Assembly (NCBI GenBank): GCA_963825595.1
Contig: CAWGUE010000011.1
Coordinates: 25,267-89,266, forward strand
Direction: 5' to 3'
Length of the DNA: 64,000 nucleotides
Source of the DNA: an uncultured delta proteobacterium
Lineage (GTDB): Bacteria; Desulfobacterota; Desulfobacteria; Desulfobacterales; SG8-13
Part shown: piece after piece, positions 35,207-44,962 of the stretch
How positions within the stretch are numbered: the first letter of the stretch is position 1
Layout: each line of letters opens with the position of its first letter
Made by a program: the position numbers and the translations under genes
Notes under the pieces: model-generated
What the model was told of the DNA's origin: nothing
What the model saw: the letters and a program-made list of their open reading frames with translations, nothing else
Databases searched by the model: none

Positions 35207-36047
35207 CCAGCATCTTATGGAATTACTGAAACGGGTCCAAAGCGGGCAGACGGATCTGGACGCCGCCATGATCCAACTCAAAAAGCTTCCGTTTGAAAAT
35301 CTCGGATACGCCAGAATCGACCATCACCGCTGTGTGCGCACGGGGGTGTCGGAGGTGATCTTTTGTGAGGGCAAGACCGTTGAACAGACCCAGGGCATCG
35401 TTCAACGGTTGGCGTGTGATCACGACAATATTCTGGCGACCCGGGCGAGCCGTGAGGTATATGAGGGTATCCGGGAAGTGATGGATAATTGCGAATACCA
35501 CCCCACGGCCCGCATTGTGGTCATCAATCCTCGGGAGGTCGACCGGGTGGGCAATGTCGCCGTCGTCACCGCCGGCACTTCGGACATTCCCGTGGCCGAA
35601 GAGGCGGCAGTGACCGCGGAAACTCTCGGCAGCCGGGTCAATCGCATCTATGATGCCGGGGTCGCCGGCATTCACCGGATCTTAAACGTCCGGGAAGATC
35701 TGTACCAGGCCAATGTCGCGGTGGTGGTGGCGGGTATGGAGGGCGCGCTAACCAGCGTCGTGGGGGGATTGGTGTCCTGTCCGGTGATCGGCGTGCCCAC
35801 CAGTATCGGTTATGGGGCCAGTTTCGGCGGTGTGGCGGCACTGCTCTGCATGCTCAACAGCTGCGCTTCCGGGGTGTCGGTGGTCAATATCGACAATGGG
35901 TTCGGCGCGGGCTATCAGGCCAGTCTGATCAATAAGCTCGGCACGAGGCACGGAGAAAATAAGTCCCACGAAACGGACGCCGTCGACCAAACGGAAAGAA
36001 AGGGTGGAGCGACCGACGCTAAAATTGCTATGGTGAAGCCATCTTGA
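35199..36047 (+). CDS. larB: Nickel-pincer cofactor biosynthesis protein LarB (AIR-carboxylase-like NaAD carboxylase/hydrolase)
   Basis: The ATG at 35199 overlaps the larE stop (ATGGATAA). The PurE-like core is VAVVTAGTSDIPVAEEAAVTAETLG...AGVAGIHR...VVVAGMEGAL. Confidence 0.8.
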   Translation: MDNQHLMELLKRVQSGQTDLDAAMIQLKKLPFENLGYARIDHHRCVRTGVSEVIFCEGKTVEQTQGIVQRLACDHDNILATRASREVYEGIREVMDNCEYHPTARIVVINPREVDRVGNVAVVTAGTSDIPVAEEAAVTAETLGSRVNRIYDAGVAGIHRILNVREDLYQANVAVVVAGMEGALTSVVGGLVSCPVIGVPTSIGYGASFGGVAALLCMLNSCASGVSVVNIDNGFGAGYQASLINKLGTRHGENKSHETDAVDQTERKGGATDAKIAMVKPS

Positions 36048-36161
36048 GGCTCTCGCGTAGAACATCCACAGTCGGATCGCCGCCAGACACCACTTTGATC
36101 CAAGCGAATCACGGGTGTTGACAGATAACTGAAAACTTTTGGCCACAATTCGGAGGATCCA

Positions 36162-37361
36162 TTGAAAATCGCTTACTTTGATTGTTTTGCCGGCGCCAGC
36201 GGGGATATGATCCTCGGGGCATTGCTGGACGCGGGATTGACGATCGAGCGCCTCCGAGAGGAAATCTCCAAACTGCTTTTATCCCATTACGAACTGGATG
36301 TCGAAAAGGTGGTCAAGAAGGGGATCGGTGGCAGTCAGGTTCATGTCATCATCGATCAGGCCCACCATCACCACCATCATCGCCGCCTTTCCCACATCAG
36401 GGATATTATCGAGAACAGTGATCTGGATGCCCCGATAAAGGAGAAGAGCACAAAAATCTTTGCCCGGCTGGCTGAAGCTGAAGCCCGGGTTCACCGATCG
36501 CGTGTGGAATCGGTCCATTTCCACGAATTGGGGGCCATGGACACCATCATCGACGTGGTGGGTAGCGTTGTCGGCTTGACGGCCCTTGGAATCGACAAGG
36601 TATTCTGCTCACCGCTGCACGTGGGCAGCGGTACCATCGAATGTGCCCACGGCACCCTGCCGGTGCCGGCGCCGGCCACGGCGGAGTTGATCAAGGGTAA
36701 ACCCGTCTGTTCCACTGGCGTCAAGGGTGAGCTGCTCACCCCCACCGGCGCCGCCATACTGACCACCCTGTCATCGGGGTTTGGCCCCATGCCTGACATG
36801 ACCGTGGGATACATCGGTTACGGGGCCGGCACCGCCGACCCTGACATCCCCAATCTACTGCGGGTGACCATAGGAGAAGCCAGGGATGATACAGGGGATT
36901 ACGATGTGGAACAGATCGTTTTGATCGAGACAAACATCGACGACATGAATCCCCAATTATATGATTACCTGATCGGGCTGTTGTTGAACGAAGGGGCCTT
37001 GGATGTCTTTCTCACGCCCGTGCAGATGAAGAAAAATCGTCCCGGTACCCTGCTGACGGTGATTTGCCTGCCCGATGCGGTGGGTAAATTTGCGGGTATT
37101 CTCATGCAGGAGACAACCACCATCGGGTTGCGCTGGCGGGTGGAAAATCGCATCAAAGCCAGACGCCTGATAAAAGAGATTGATACCAGCTATGGTCCTA
37201 TTCACATCAAACTGGCTCAAAACAACGGTCAGGTCATCAACCTGACCCCCGAGTATGATGATTGCAAGCGGGTCGCACTGGAGAAAAACATTCCGCTAAA
37301 AAAAATATTGGATGATGTGCGGATGGCGGCCCTGAAACAGATTCACTCGATGGACGAGTAA
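36162..37361 (+). CDS. larC: Nickel-pincer cofactor biosynthesis protein LarC (nickel insertion, DUF111 family), single-polypeptide form
   Basis: TTG start. MKIAYFDCFAGASGDMILGALLDAG is the canonical LarC/DUF111 N-terminus. There is a His tract, QAHHHHHHRR. Confidence 0.85.
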   Translation: MKIAYFDCFAGASGDMILGALLDAGLTIERLREEISKLLLSHYELDVEKVVKKGIGGSQVHVIIDQAHHHHHHRRLSHIRDIIENSDLDAPIKEKSTKIFARLAEAEARVHRSRVESVHFHELGAMDTIIDVVGSVVGLTALGIDKVFCSPLHVGSGTIECAHGTLPVPAPATAELIKGKPVCSTGVKGELLTPTGAAILTTLSSGFGPMPDMTVGYIGYGAGTADPDIPNLLRVTIGEARDDTGDYDVEQIVLIETNIDDMNPQLYDYLIGLLLNEGALDVFLTPVQMKKNRPGTLLTVICLPDAVGKFAGILMQETTTIGLRWRVENRIKARRLIKEIDTSYGPIHIKLAQNNGQVINLTPEYDDCKRVALEKNIPLKKILDDVRMAALKQIHSMDE

Positions 37362-37625
37362 ACAGATGGGGTCAATGGACCCCAAAAGTATCGGTTTTAG
37401 TTTCGCGGCCCTCATATGTATGGATCGATTTGGAGATATCAAGGCAACGTGAGGGGTCACTCTATGCAATATCCGCCACCACAATCTTGATTCGGTGAGC
37501 AGAAAATTGAACATAAGGCATAAACACAAAAGGCTTTAAAGGATGACGGCGCTAACGCGTACTGACATGTAAGCCTGGTAATGAAGAAGCCTATCTTTCA
37601 CAAAAGTTTCAGCGCGCCGTCGTAG

Positions 37626-38228
37626 GCAACAATCACATCGACAATTGCGCCCGCCTTTGCCACGGTCCATGAAGAAATCCGTCAAGCAGCCCCAGTTTTC
37701 AGCGGAATTAGTCACAGTCGACTGAAAGCGTCTCCGGGAATTTTTTGGCCCTGTTATGATGAATCCCACCCGGGTACTCCCCGGTTGTACGAAGACGGAT
37801 TCGGATTCCGCGATCGCCGGGCGCGCTTTCTGCCGATCGAATTTCCCGACATCCTCATGGAGCCCACGGAGGAATATCCCTACATATTGATCACGGGGCG
37901 TTTGTTGGAGCATTTCAATACCGGTGAAATGTCGCGACGAAGTATTAAACTCTCCAAGCTCAAACCGTCGTCTTATCTGAATATGAATCCGGAGGATGCA
38001 GACGAGGCTGATCTTTGTGAAAATGACCGCGTGCGCATAACCAGCCCCCATGGATCGGTCTTATTGCCGTTGAAGATAGAGGCAAGCATGCAACGCGGGT
38101 ATATTTTTGCGCCGATACACTTCAGCGAACCCAATTTTAACTCCTTGATGAGTGCCGTGCCTATCGACCCCAAGGCACGCATGCCGGCCCTCAAAGTGGT
38201 GCCTGTAAAAGTAGAAAAACAAAATTAG
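37626..38228 (+). pseudogene. 5'-truncated remnant of a molybdopterin oxidoreductase (formate dehydrogenase alpha-like); only the C-terminal ~200 codons remain
   Basis: The frame opens at 37626 right after a TAG. The text ...FSGISHSRLKASPGIFWPCYDESHPGTPRLYEDGF...YPYILITGRLLEHFNTGEMSRRS...DRVRITSPHGSVLLPLKI...IFAPIHF matches the C-terminal (molybdopterin dinucleotide-binding) end of FdhA-type enzymes. No N-terminal ~600 aa lies upstream. Confidence 0.65.
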
Positions 38229-38850
38229 GAAAGATCATTCGCTTTAATACGTCCTTTCAAGTCACTGTCAAAGATAAGACACCCCTCCCCTAAGTTTCCA
38301 AAATGTCCGTATTTGAATTAACATCTTCGTTTCATGTTGACCTTTGGCAATTCACAAATAAAGCCTTAATGCATGAATAATCCTACAAGGGTAACCTATT
38401 GAATATAAACTTCTTTCTTATAAGAGGCGCAGGGCGCACAGCAGGATTGTATGACCATACCTCCAATTAGTCTTTCGGCGAAGGGTTCTTAAACTTAAAA
38501 AAGTCAGCAATAATAGTTAGTTATAATGTTATAAGTTTATTTGGAATGTTATTTGCGTAACTCTCTTAAGCATAATTTTCATTGGAGTTGTCTCAGAGTT
38601 TTGGATCCCTAAAGGTTTGTCTACAGTTGGCACAATGTAAAAAAGGTTGTCTAAAAGTGGCCAGATTTTAATATTTGAACATTCTGGGTAAATACGCTTC
38701 TTTCATGCGCACACTCGGCGATAGGCGCTCATCCTTATAAATGTAAGAACGAAGTCGATCGCTTCGCTTCGGAATGATGCAGGATACGGGTAACGCAATA
38801 CCGATTGGCTGCGTGTTTTTATTATATAATTTGAACAAGGACTCTGGTGT

Positions 38851-40101
38851 ATGATTTCGGTTATAAAAGGATTTGGACGTCGTTATGTGTTGGGACTGCT
38901 GACGATGATATGCTTCCTAACGCTTGTTATGGTTGGATGCGGCGGCGGGGGTGGCGGAGTTGGTGAACCCTTACTCCCCACCAATGGGGTTTTTGTGGAC
39001 AGTCCTGTTGAAGGTCTGGACTATGAAACAGGTTCTGAGTTCGGACTGACGGGTATTAGCGGCAGATTTAATTATCGTGAAGGCGAAATAATTACCTTTT
39101 CTATCGGCGATGTGATCTTGGGACAAGCGGCGGGAAAAGACATGCTGACCCCCATTGATCTGGTACCAGGAGCCGCTGACGAGACTGATTCAAGCGTGAC
39201 CAATATTTGCCGTTTGCTGCAATCCCTTGATCAGGATGGAAACTTACAAAACGGTATTCTGATCACGGCGCAAATCCGTGCCGAGGTGGATGGCCGAGCG
39301 ATTGACTTTAGTTTGAGTATCAGCCAATTTGAAAACGACCCGGCCATTGTGGGCCTGTTCGATACCTTGAACGCGCTGAATCTTTTTACAGCCGATACGC
39401 CTCGCCAACTCATTTCTGCGGCCGTGGCCCAAAATCATTTGCGCGCGACCCTAAATAACCCAGATATAGACGGCGACGGCTATACTGCGATCCAGGGCGA
39501 TTGCGACGACCATAACGCTGCCATTAACCCAGGCGCTATCGATGTTTGTGGCGACGGTATCGATCAGGATTGCAGCGGAGAAGATCAGGTGTGCGATGCG
39601 GTAGACCCGGATATAGACGGCGACGGCTATACCGAGAGTCAGGGCGATTGCGACGACCATAACGCTGCCATTAACCCAGGCGCTATCGACGTTTGCGGCG
39701 ACGGTATCGATCAGGATTGCAGCGGAGAAGACCAGGTGTGCGATCCGGGCAGCGGCGCATACGAAACACAACTGCTGGAGCTGATCAGCGCTTATCGAAT
39801 TTCGAACGCGCGGTCCCCTCTCAGCTTCGATGCTCTTTTAAATTCGCTGGCCGCAGAGCATAGTGAATACATGCATGCCAACAACAGTATGAACCATGAT
39901 GGATTTTATGACCGTGCCGCTCGTTCCGGATTTAGCTATTGTGTGGAGAATGTAGGCTGGAATTATCCGTCTGCTGAATCCCAGTTCGAAGGCTGGAGAA
40001 ATTCTTCCGGACACAACCAGAATATGTTGAACACCCAAATCGACTATGCCGGTATCTCAAAGGTGGGCAGTTTTGTAACCTTTTTCGCGTGTGGGAATTA
40101 G
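38851..40101 (+). CDS. Lipoprotein with two MopE-like Cys/Asp-rich (putative metal-binding) repeats and a C-terminal CAP/SCP (PR-1-like) domain
   Basis: Lipobox LVMVGCGGGG. DIDGDGYT..QGDCDDHNAAINPGAIDVCGDGIDQDCSGEDQVCD occurs twice. The CAP-like tail is AAEHSEYMHANNSMNHDGF...GWRNSSGHNQNML. Confidence 0.7.
   Translation: MISVIKGFGRRYVLGLLTMICFLTLVMVGCGGGGGGVGEPLLPTNGVFVDSPVEGLDYETGSEFGLTGISGRFNYREGEIITFSIGDVILGQAAGKDMLTPIDLVPGAADETDSSVTNICRLLQSLDQDGNLQNGILITAQIRAEVDGRAIDFSLSISQFENDPAIVGLFDTLNALNLFTADTPRQLISAAVAQNHLRATLNNPDIDGDGYTAIQGDCDDHNAAINPGAIDVCGDGIDQDCSGEDQVCDAVDPDIDGDGYTESQGDCDDHNAAINPGAIDVCGDGIDQDCSGEDQVCDPGSGAYETQLLELISAYRISNARSPLSFDALLNSLAAEHSEYMHANNSMNHDGFYDRAARSGFSYCVENVGWNYPSAESQFEGWRNSSGHNQNMLNTQIDYAGISKVGSFVTFFACGN
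39463..39744 (+). repeat. Tandem 147-bp (49-codon) duplication inside the CAP-lipoprotein gene
   Basis: 39463-39597 and 39610-39744 are near-identical at the DNA level (about 8 mismatches by eye). The period is exactly 147 nt. Confidence 0.85.
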
Positions 40102-40214
40102 TGCCAGGAGAAGGCCATGGCATTTTCGGTGCCCGTGTAAAGGCAAAGCGAGTAGATCTTGCCGCGGGCTGTGGGTAAGGCTCGATCCGATTCTTCAAAT
40201 CCAGAAAAAGAAAA

Positions 40215-40244
40215 AGCGCTGAACATTGTTCAGCGCTTTTTTTG
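40215..40244. terminator. Bidirectional rho-independent terminator
   Basis: The agcgctgaac-attg-ttcagcgct hairpin is flanked by an A-run (40201-40214) and a T-run (40238-40244). It sits between the plus-strand CAP gene and the minus-strand tRNA-Pro/purA unit. Confidence 0.7.
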
Positions 40245-40254
40245 TTTTTATTAT

Positions 40255-40331
40255 TGGTCGGGAAGAGAGGATTTGAACCTCCGACCCCAGCGTCCCGAAC
40301 GCTGTGCTCTACCAGACTGAGCCACTTCCCG
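40255..40331 (-). tRNA. tRNA-Pro (anticodon CGG)
   Basis: The reverse complement folds as a cloverleaf. Acceptor CGGGAAG/CTTCCCG, D arm GCTC..GAGC, anticodon arm CAGCG-TTCGGGA-CGCTG, T arm GGAGG-TTCAAAT-CCTCT, A73, encoded CCA. Confidence 0.9.
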
Positions 40332-40381
40332 ACTAAGGGCCAATTTATTAAAGCACTTTTACTTGGTTGTCAATCCCCATA

Positions 40382-41674
<1,293 letters not shown>

Positions 41675-41758
41675 TCACTCCTTTGTTTGAGTTTAAAACG
41701 CCCGACAACCGCGCTTGATTGGGCATACGGGCACTTCTATTCCCGCTGTCCTCGCGCT

Positions 41759-42232
41759 TCAGCATGCAGGCGTTGGGTTACGTTTTGAGCGAAAAAAATC
41801 CTGCATCAGTTGCCTGCAGGGTTCTTCAAGGATACCGGAAACCACGTCCACGCGATGATTGAGCCGAGAGTCCGCAGGCAGGTTGTACAACGAACCGGCG
41901 GCGCCCCATTTCGGATCGTATGCGCCGAAAACGATACGCTCCAATCGGGCATGTACGATCGCGCCCATGCACATCAGACAGGGTTCGACGGTAACATAAA
42001 GCGTCGTGCCGGGCAACCGGTAATTGCCTGTCATGCGACAGGCTTTTCGCAGGCTCAGAATTTCGGCATGGGCCGTTGGATCGGCCCGGGTGATGACCTG
42101 ATTATGCGCTCTCGCTAAAATGGCTCCATCGCGACCGACAATAACCGCACCTATGGGAACTTCTTCCAGTTGCCGGGCTTTTTCAGCTTCCTCAATTGCC
42201 GTCAACATTTGGGTTTCATGATCAATCGACAT
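41759..42232 (-). CDS. tadA: tRNA adenosine(34) deaminase
   Basis: CDA-fold zinc motifs HAEILSL and TVEPCLMCMGAIVHARLERIVFGAYDPKWGA. Confidence 0.9.
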   Translation of the reverse strand: MSIDHETQMLTAIEEAEKARQLEEVPIGAVIVGRDGAILARAHNQVITRADPTAHAEILSLRKACRMTGNYRLPGTTLYVTVEPCLMCMGAIVHARLERIVFGAYDPKWGAAGSLYNLPADSRLNHRVDVVSGILEEPCRQLMQDFFRSKRNPTPAC

Positions 42233-42520
42233 ACCCTATTACTTACTGGAAACGCTGATAGCGATCAACTTCTTTTACCGACCGGCTTCGGCCTATTCTG
42301 TTTATTTCATGGGCCCGACTGGGGCCTGCATAGCGAGTGCATGCGAGCATGTGTGAATTTCGATACTCCTGGCAGCAAAACCGAACGCCTGAAGGCGGAA
42401 ACATTTCAATTTGCTCTACGATAAAAATCCCATTTATGAATCGGACACTGTATAGTACCATCAAACATGCTTGGATGGACGCTATTTAGGTAGCAATAAA
42501 GTAGAGGAACATCCTGAACA

Positions 42521-42841
42521 ATGCCTTTGCGCCCGATAATTCACATTTTTCTTCATTTTCTTGTCCCCGGAGCCATTGCCCGGCTGGCTTTTCCCAAAAA
42601 TTGGGGTACCGCCTGGATGGTGATGACGCTGACGCTGGTGGTGGATTTGGACCACATGCTGACGACACCGATGTATGATCCAAATCGCTGTAGTTTAGGA
42701 TTTCATCCGCTCCACAGTGCAGCGGCCATTGGAGTTTATACAGCGACGCTGTTGATTCCGAAACTGCGGCTGATAGCTATCGGACTGCTGGTTCACATGC
42801 TGCTGGATTGGAGTGATTGCGTTTGGATGAGGTGGGGATGA
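42521..42841 (+). CDS. Small membrane protein, DUF6122-like
   Basis: HIFLHFLVPGAI...VVDLDHML..PMYDPNRCSLGFHPLHS matches my recollection of the DUF6122 pattern. The assignment is from memory only. Confidence 0.5.
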   Translation: MPLRPIIHIFLHFLVPGAIARLAFPKNWGTAWMVMTLTLVVDLDHMLTTPMYDPNRCSLGFHPLHSAAAIGVYTATLLIPKLRLIAIGLLVHMLLDWSDCVWMRWG

Positions 42842-42907
42842 CGCCCCAAATGCCCTATCGGGTGATGCGCCCAATACCGATCTTTTGGCATGTGCTGATG
42901 ACTTATT

Positions 42908-42967
42908 CCCAATTTGCGCGTTTCATATTTTCGAAATAACGAAATTAAAAACCGCTCAGTTTGGGTT
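42908..42967 (-). repeat. 34-bp core repeat (copy c) with truncated inverted partner arm
   Basis: cccaatttgcgcgtttcatattttcgaaataac (rc of the core) is followed by gaaattaaaa and then aaccgctcagtttgggtt (the distal half of the core in the opposite orientation). It sits about 80 nt upstream of tRNA-Arg. Confidence 0.75.
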
Positions 42968-43045
42968 ATGGGTTACCATCGGATCGGGAATATTTTCATT
43001 GACATCCCAATAGGATTTGCATATCTATCCGAATTTAGTTCATAC

Positions 43046-43123
43046 GCGCCCGTAGCTCAGCCCGGATAGAGCGCCGGACTACGAATCCGTAGGTCGCAGG
43101 TTCAAATCCTGCCGGGCGCACCA
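43046..43123 (+). tRNA. tRNA-Arg (anticodon ACG)
   Basis: Acceptor GCGCCCG/CGGGCGC, D arm GCTC..GAGC, anticodon loop CTACGAA, T arm GCAGG-TTCAAAT-CCTGC, A73, encoded CCA. Confidence 0.9.
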
Positions 43124-43418
43124 GTAAAATCAATGGGTATCAGAAAGTTCAACGTCTGGTGTCCTTTTTTTATTGGTCGTATTCCCCAAACAAATCCTGT
43201 ACCAATTATCCCGCACGTATCTTACCTGAAATATAATGAAAACGTGATTATGGAGCTTGTTTTTTGTGTCCACTTTTCGGGTGGTTATTTCATTGATATT
43301 TGAATCTGAAATTGATGGATTCAGTCCAGTCGGCAAGACTGGATTTTGTCGAGGCTGGAAATAGATAGGGGGCACCATCCGGTGCCCCCTTATTTATTCT
43401 GTATCCGTCCAGCTGACT

Positions 43419-44159
43419 TTATTGGTCGTTGCTGCTGTCGGTGCTGTCATCCTGGCCGTACGCACTGGCCTTTTGTACCATGGATTGGGTCTTGGTCTGA
43501 GTCTGGGTTTGCTCGTCGTTATGCAGCTGAGTCTGGGTTTGGACTTGCGTTGCGGTTCGGGCTTGTGTTTGGGTCTGGGTCTGAACCTGAGACTGCTCTT
43601 GAACTTGCTGCTGGGACTGAGTCTGCGTGTGGGTCTGGGTATGCTCCTGGTTTTGACTCTGCGACTGCGTACCGGAACCCGGTCCATTGGCGACATTTCC
43701 GCCCTGTTGGCCACCCTGATTGCCGCCCTGGTTGCCGCTGCTGTTTCCGCCTTGGCCGCCATTGCCCGAGCCACCACCGCCGTTGCCGCCGTTGCCCCCA
43801 TTGCCACCATCGCCGGAACCGCCACCGTTGCCGCCACCGCCGGAACCACCACCGCCGTTGCCGCCACCACCAGTACCACCGCCGTCACCGCCGTTGCCGC
43901 CACTACCAGCACCGCCGCCACCGCCGCCACCAGCACCACCGCCGCCACCAGCACCACCACCACCACCACCGCCGCCACCGCCTTGGGCCAGAATCATGTT
44001 ACCCCCGAACAAAGGATTCTCGACATCGGCGACAGACGGTGCTTGATTTCCGGTACCGTCCCCGGATATCAGGTTCGAAGGAACCGCGCTCCAGGCCGGA
44101 AATGTCATGAACAACAACCCTGAACAACAAACGAATTTTTTCAAAAATTTTCTCTTCAT
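43419..44159 (-). CDS. Secreted low-complexity protein: signal peptide, ~110-residue Gly(Asn/Ser)-rich tract, then (Thr-Gln)n-rich tail
   Basis: MKRKFLKKFVCCSGLLFMTFPAWSA looks like a signal peptide. Then AQGGGGGGGGGGAGGGGGAGGGGGGG...GNGGNGGNGGGGSGNGG, then TQSQSQNQEHTQTHTQTQSQQQVQEQSQVQTQTQTQ. It is the only frame of the three open ones here that has a signal peptide and a start context. Confidence 0.6.
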   Translation of the reverse strand: MKRKFLKKFVCCSGLLFMTFPAWSAVPSNLISGDGTGNQAPSVADVENPLFGGNMILAQGGGGGGGGGGAGGGGGAGGGGGGGAGSGGNGGDGGGTGGGGNGGGGSGGGGNGGGSGDGGNGGNGGNGGGGSGNGGQGGNSSGNQGGNQGGQQGGNVANGPGSGTQSQSQNQEHTQTHTQTQSQQQVQEQSQVQTQTQTQARTATQVQTQTQLHNDEQTQTQTKTQSMVQKASAYGQDDSTDSSNDQ

Positions 44160-44443
44160 TTTTTCCTCCCCTTTCCCCTTGAATTAAATAAAAATCTGAT
44201 GTTTTATCGGCCACTATGAAGTGATTTGAGACGATATCAAAACACTGCAATCAGGCCTCACTGCCAGAACTCTTTGATTATTAAACGTGCCGGAGGAGAA
44301 AAGGTTACAAAAGATTTGACTTCTTAGTTGAGAAAAGAGGTATTATTTCGCGGATGATATGGTTCTGCCCCAAAAGTTTCTCTAATTTCACCTCCTTTCG
44401 GTGTCAAAGGGTTTTCAATGACGTATCATGCGTGATCTGTCTA

Positions 44444-44794
44444 TCAGGAATGCGGGAACCCCATGTAGCTATTGTAAATAGGGCACTCTCTGAAGTCTTT
44501 CATGCAGAACCGTATAATCTTCGGAACGTTAAAACTGTTCAGCGAGAGACAGTAGCAATCCGGTGCAGGGTCGTCCAGAACCGGGCAACCCTCTTCTTTC
44601 CCATAGTCCGGGATTCCCATGTATCGTTTGTAGATCGGGCACTGCCTGAAGTCTCTCAGGCAGAATTGGACGGCCAACGAAACGTCAAGGCTGCTCCGAG
44701 CAAGGCAGTAGCAATCCGCCGGGGGGTCATTCAGAACCGGGCACGTCTCTTTTTTATCGCTCCCACCCGATGTCCATGTCGTGAGGTTCGGCAT
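44444..44794 (-). CDS. Small cytoplasmic protein made of two tandem 5-Cys modules (C-x9-C-x-C-x14-C-x6-CPIY), unknown family
   Basis: CPVLNDPPADCYCLARSSLDVSLAVQFCLRDFRQCPIYKRYMGIP and CPVLDDPAPDCYCLSLNSFNVPKIIRFCMKDFRECPIYNSYMGFP have identical Cys spacing. Confidence 0.55.
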   Translation of the reverse strand: MPNLTTWTSGGSDKKETCPVLNDPPADCYCLARSSLDVSLAVQFCLRDFRQCPIYKRYMGIPDYGKEEGCPVLDDPAPDCYCLSLNSFNVPKIIRFCMKDFRECPIYNSYMGFPHS

Positions 44795-44920
44795 AATTGG
44801 TCGCGCCGCTCTTTAATTTCGGAATTAAGTTTGGGTTCATGCAGGGACTGTTTGTACAGGGTAGGGCCAAGGGAAATCAATAGCTTCTATTCGCTCATTC
44901 AAATCTGAATGGGACAATTC

Positions 44921-44957
44921 TCAGCGCCCTTACCAACCGCGGATGGGCACTAAATAG
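44921..44957 (-). repeat. Hairpin repeat module (partner of 22011..22050), 3' of the GGS-tail gene
   Basis: The rc reads tatttagtgcccatccgcggttggtaagggcgctgag. It starts 6 nt after the stop of the 44963..46015 gene. Confidence 0.6.
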
Positions 44958-44962
44958 TTTTT

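Noticed and set aside
37536-38051. 171-aa minus-strand ORF opposite the fdhA-like remnant.
   Set aside because: It is antisense to a frame with clear FdhA C-terminal homology, and it has no recognisable motifs.
43346-44123. Plus-strand ORFs encoding His/Arg-rich, Pro-rich (PPPLPPLPP...) and Ala/Thr-rich proteins over the poly-Gly gene.
   Set aside because: All six frames are open because of the ggn/gcc repeat. Only the minus-strand frame has a signal peptide, a plausible start and operon-consistent orientation. The frame choice still needs experimental confirmation.
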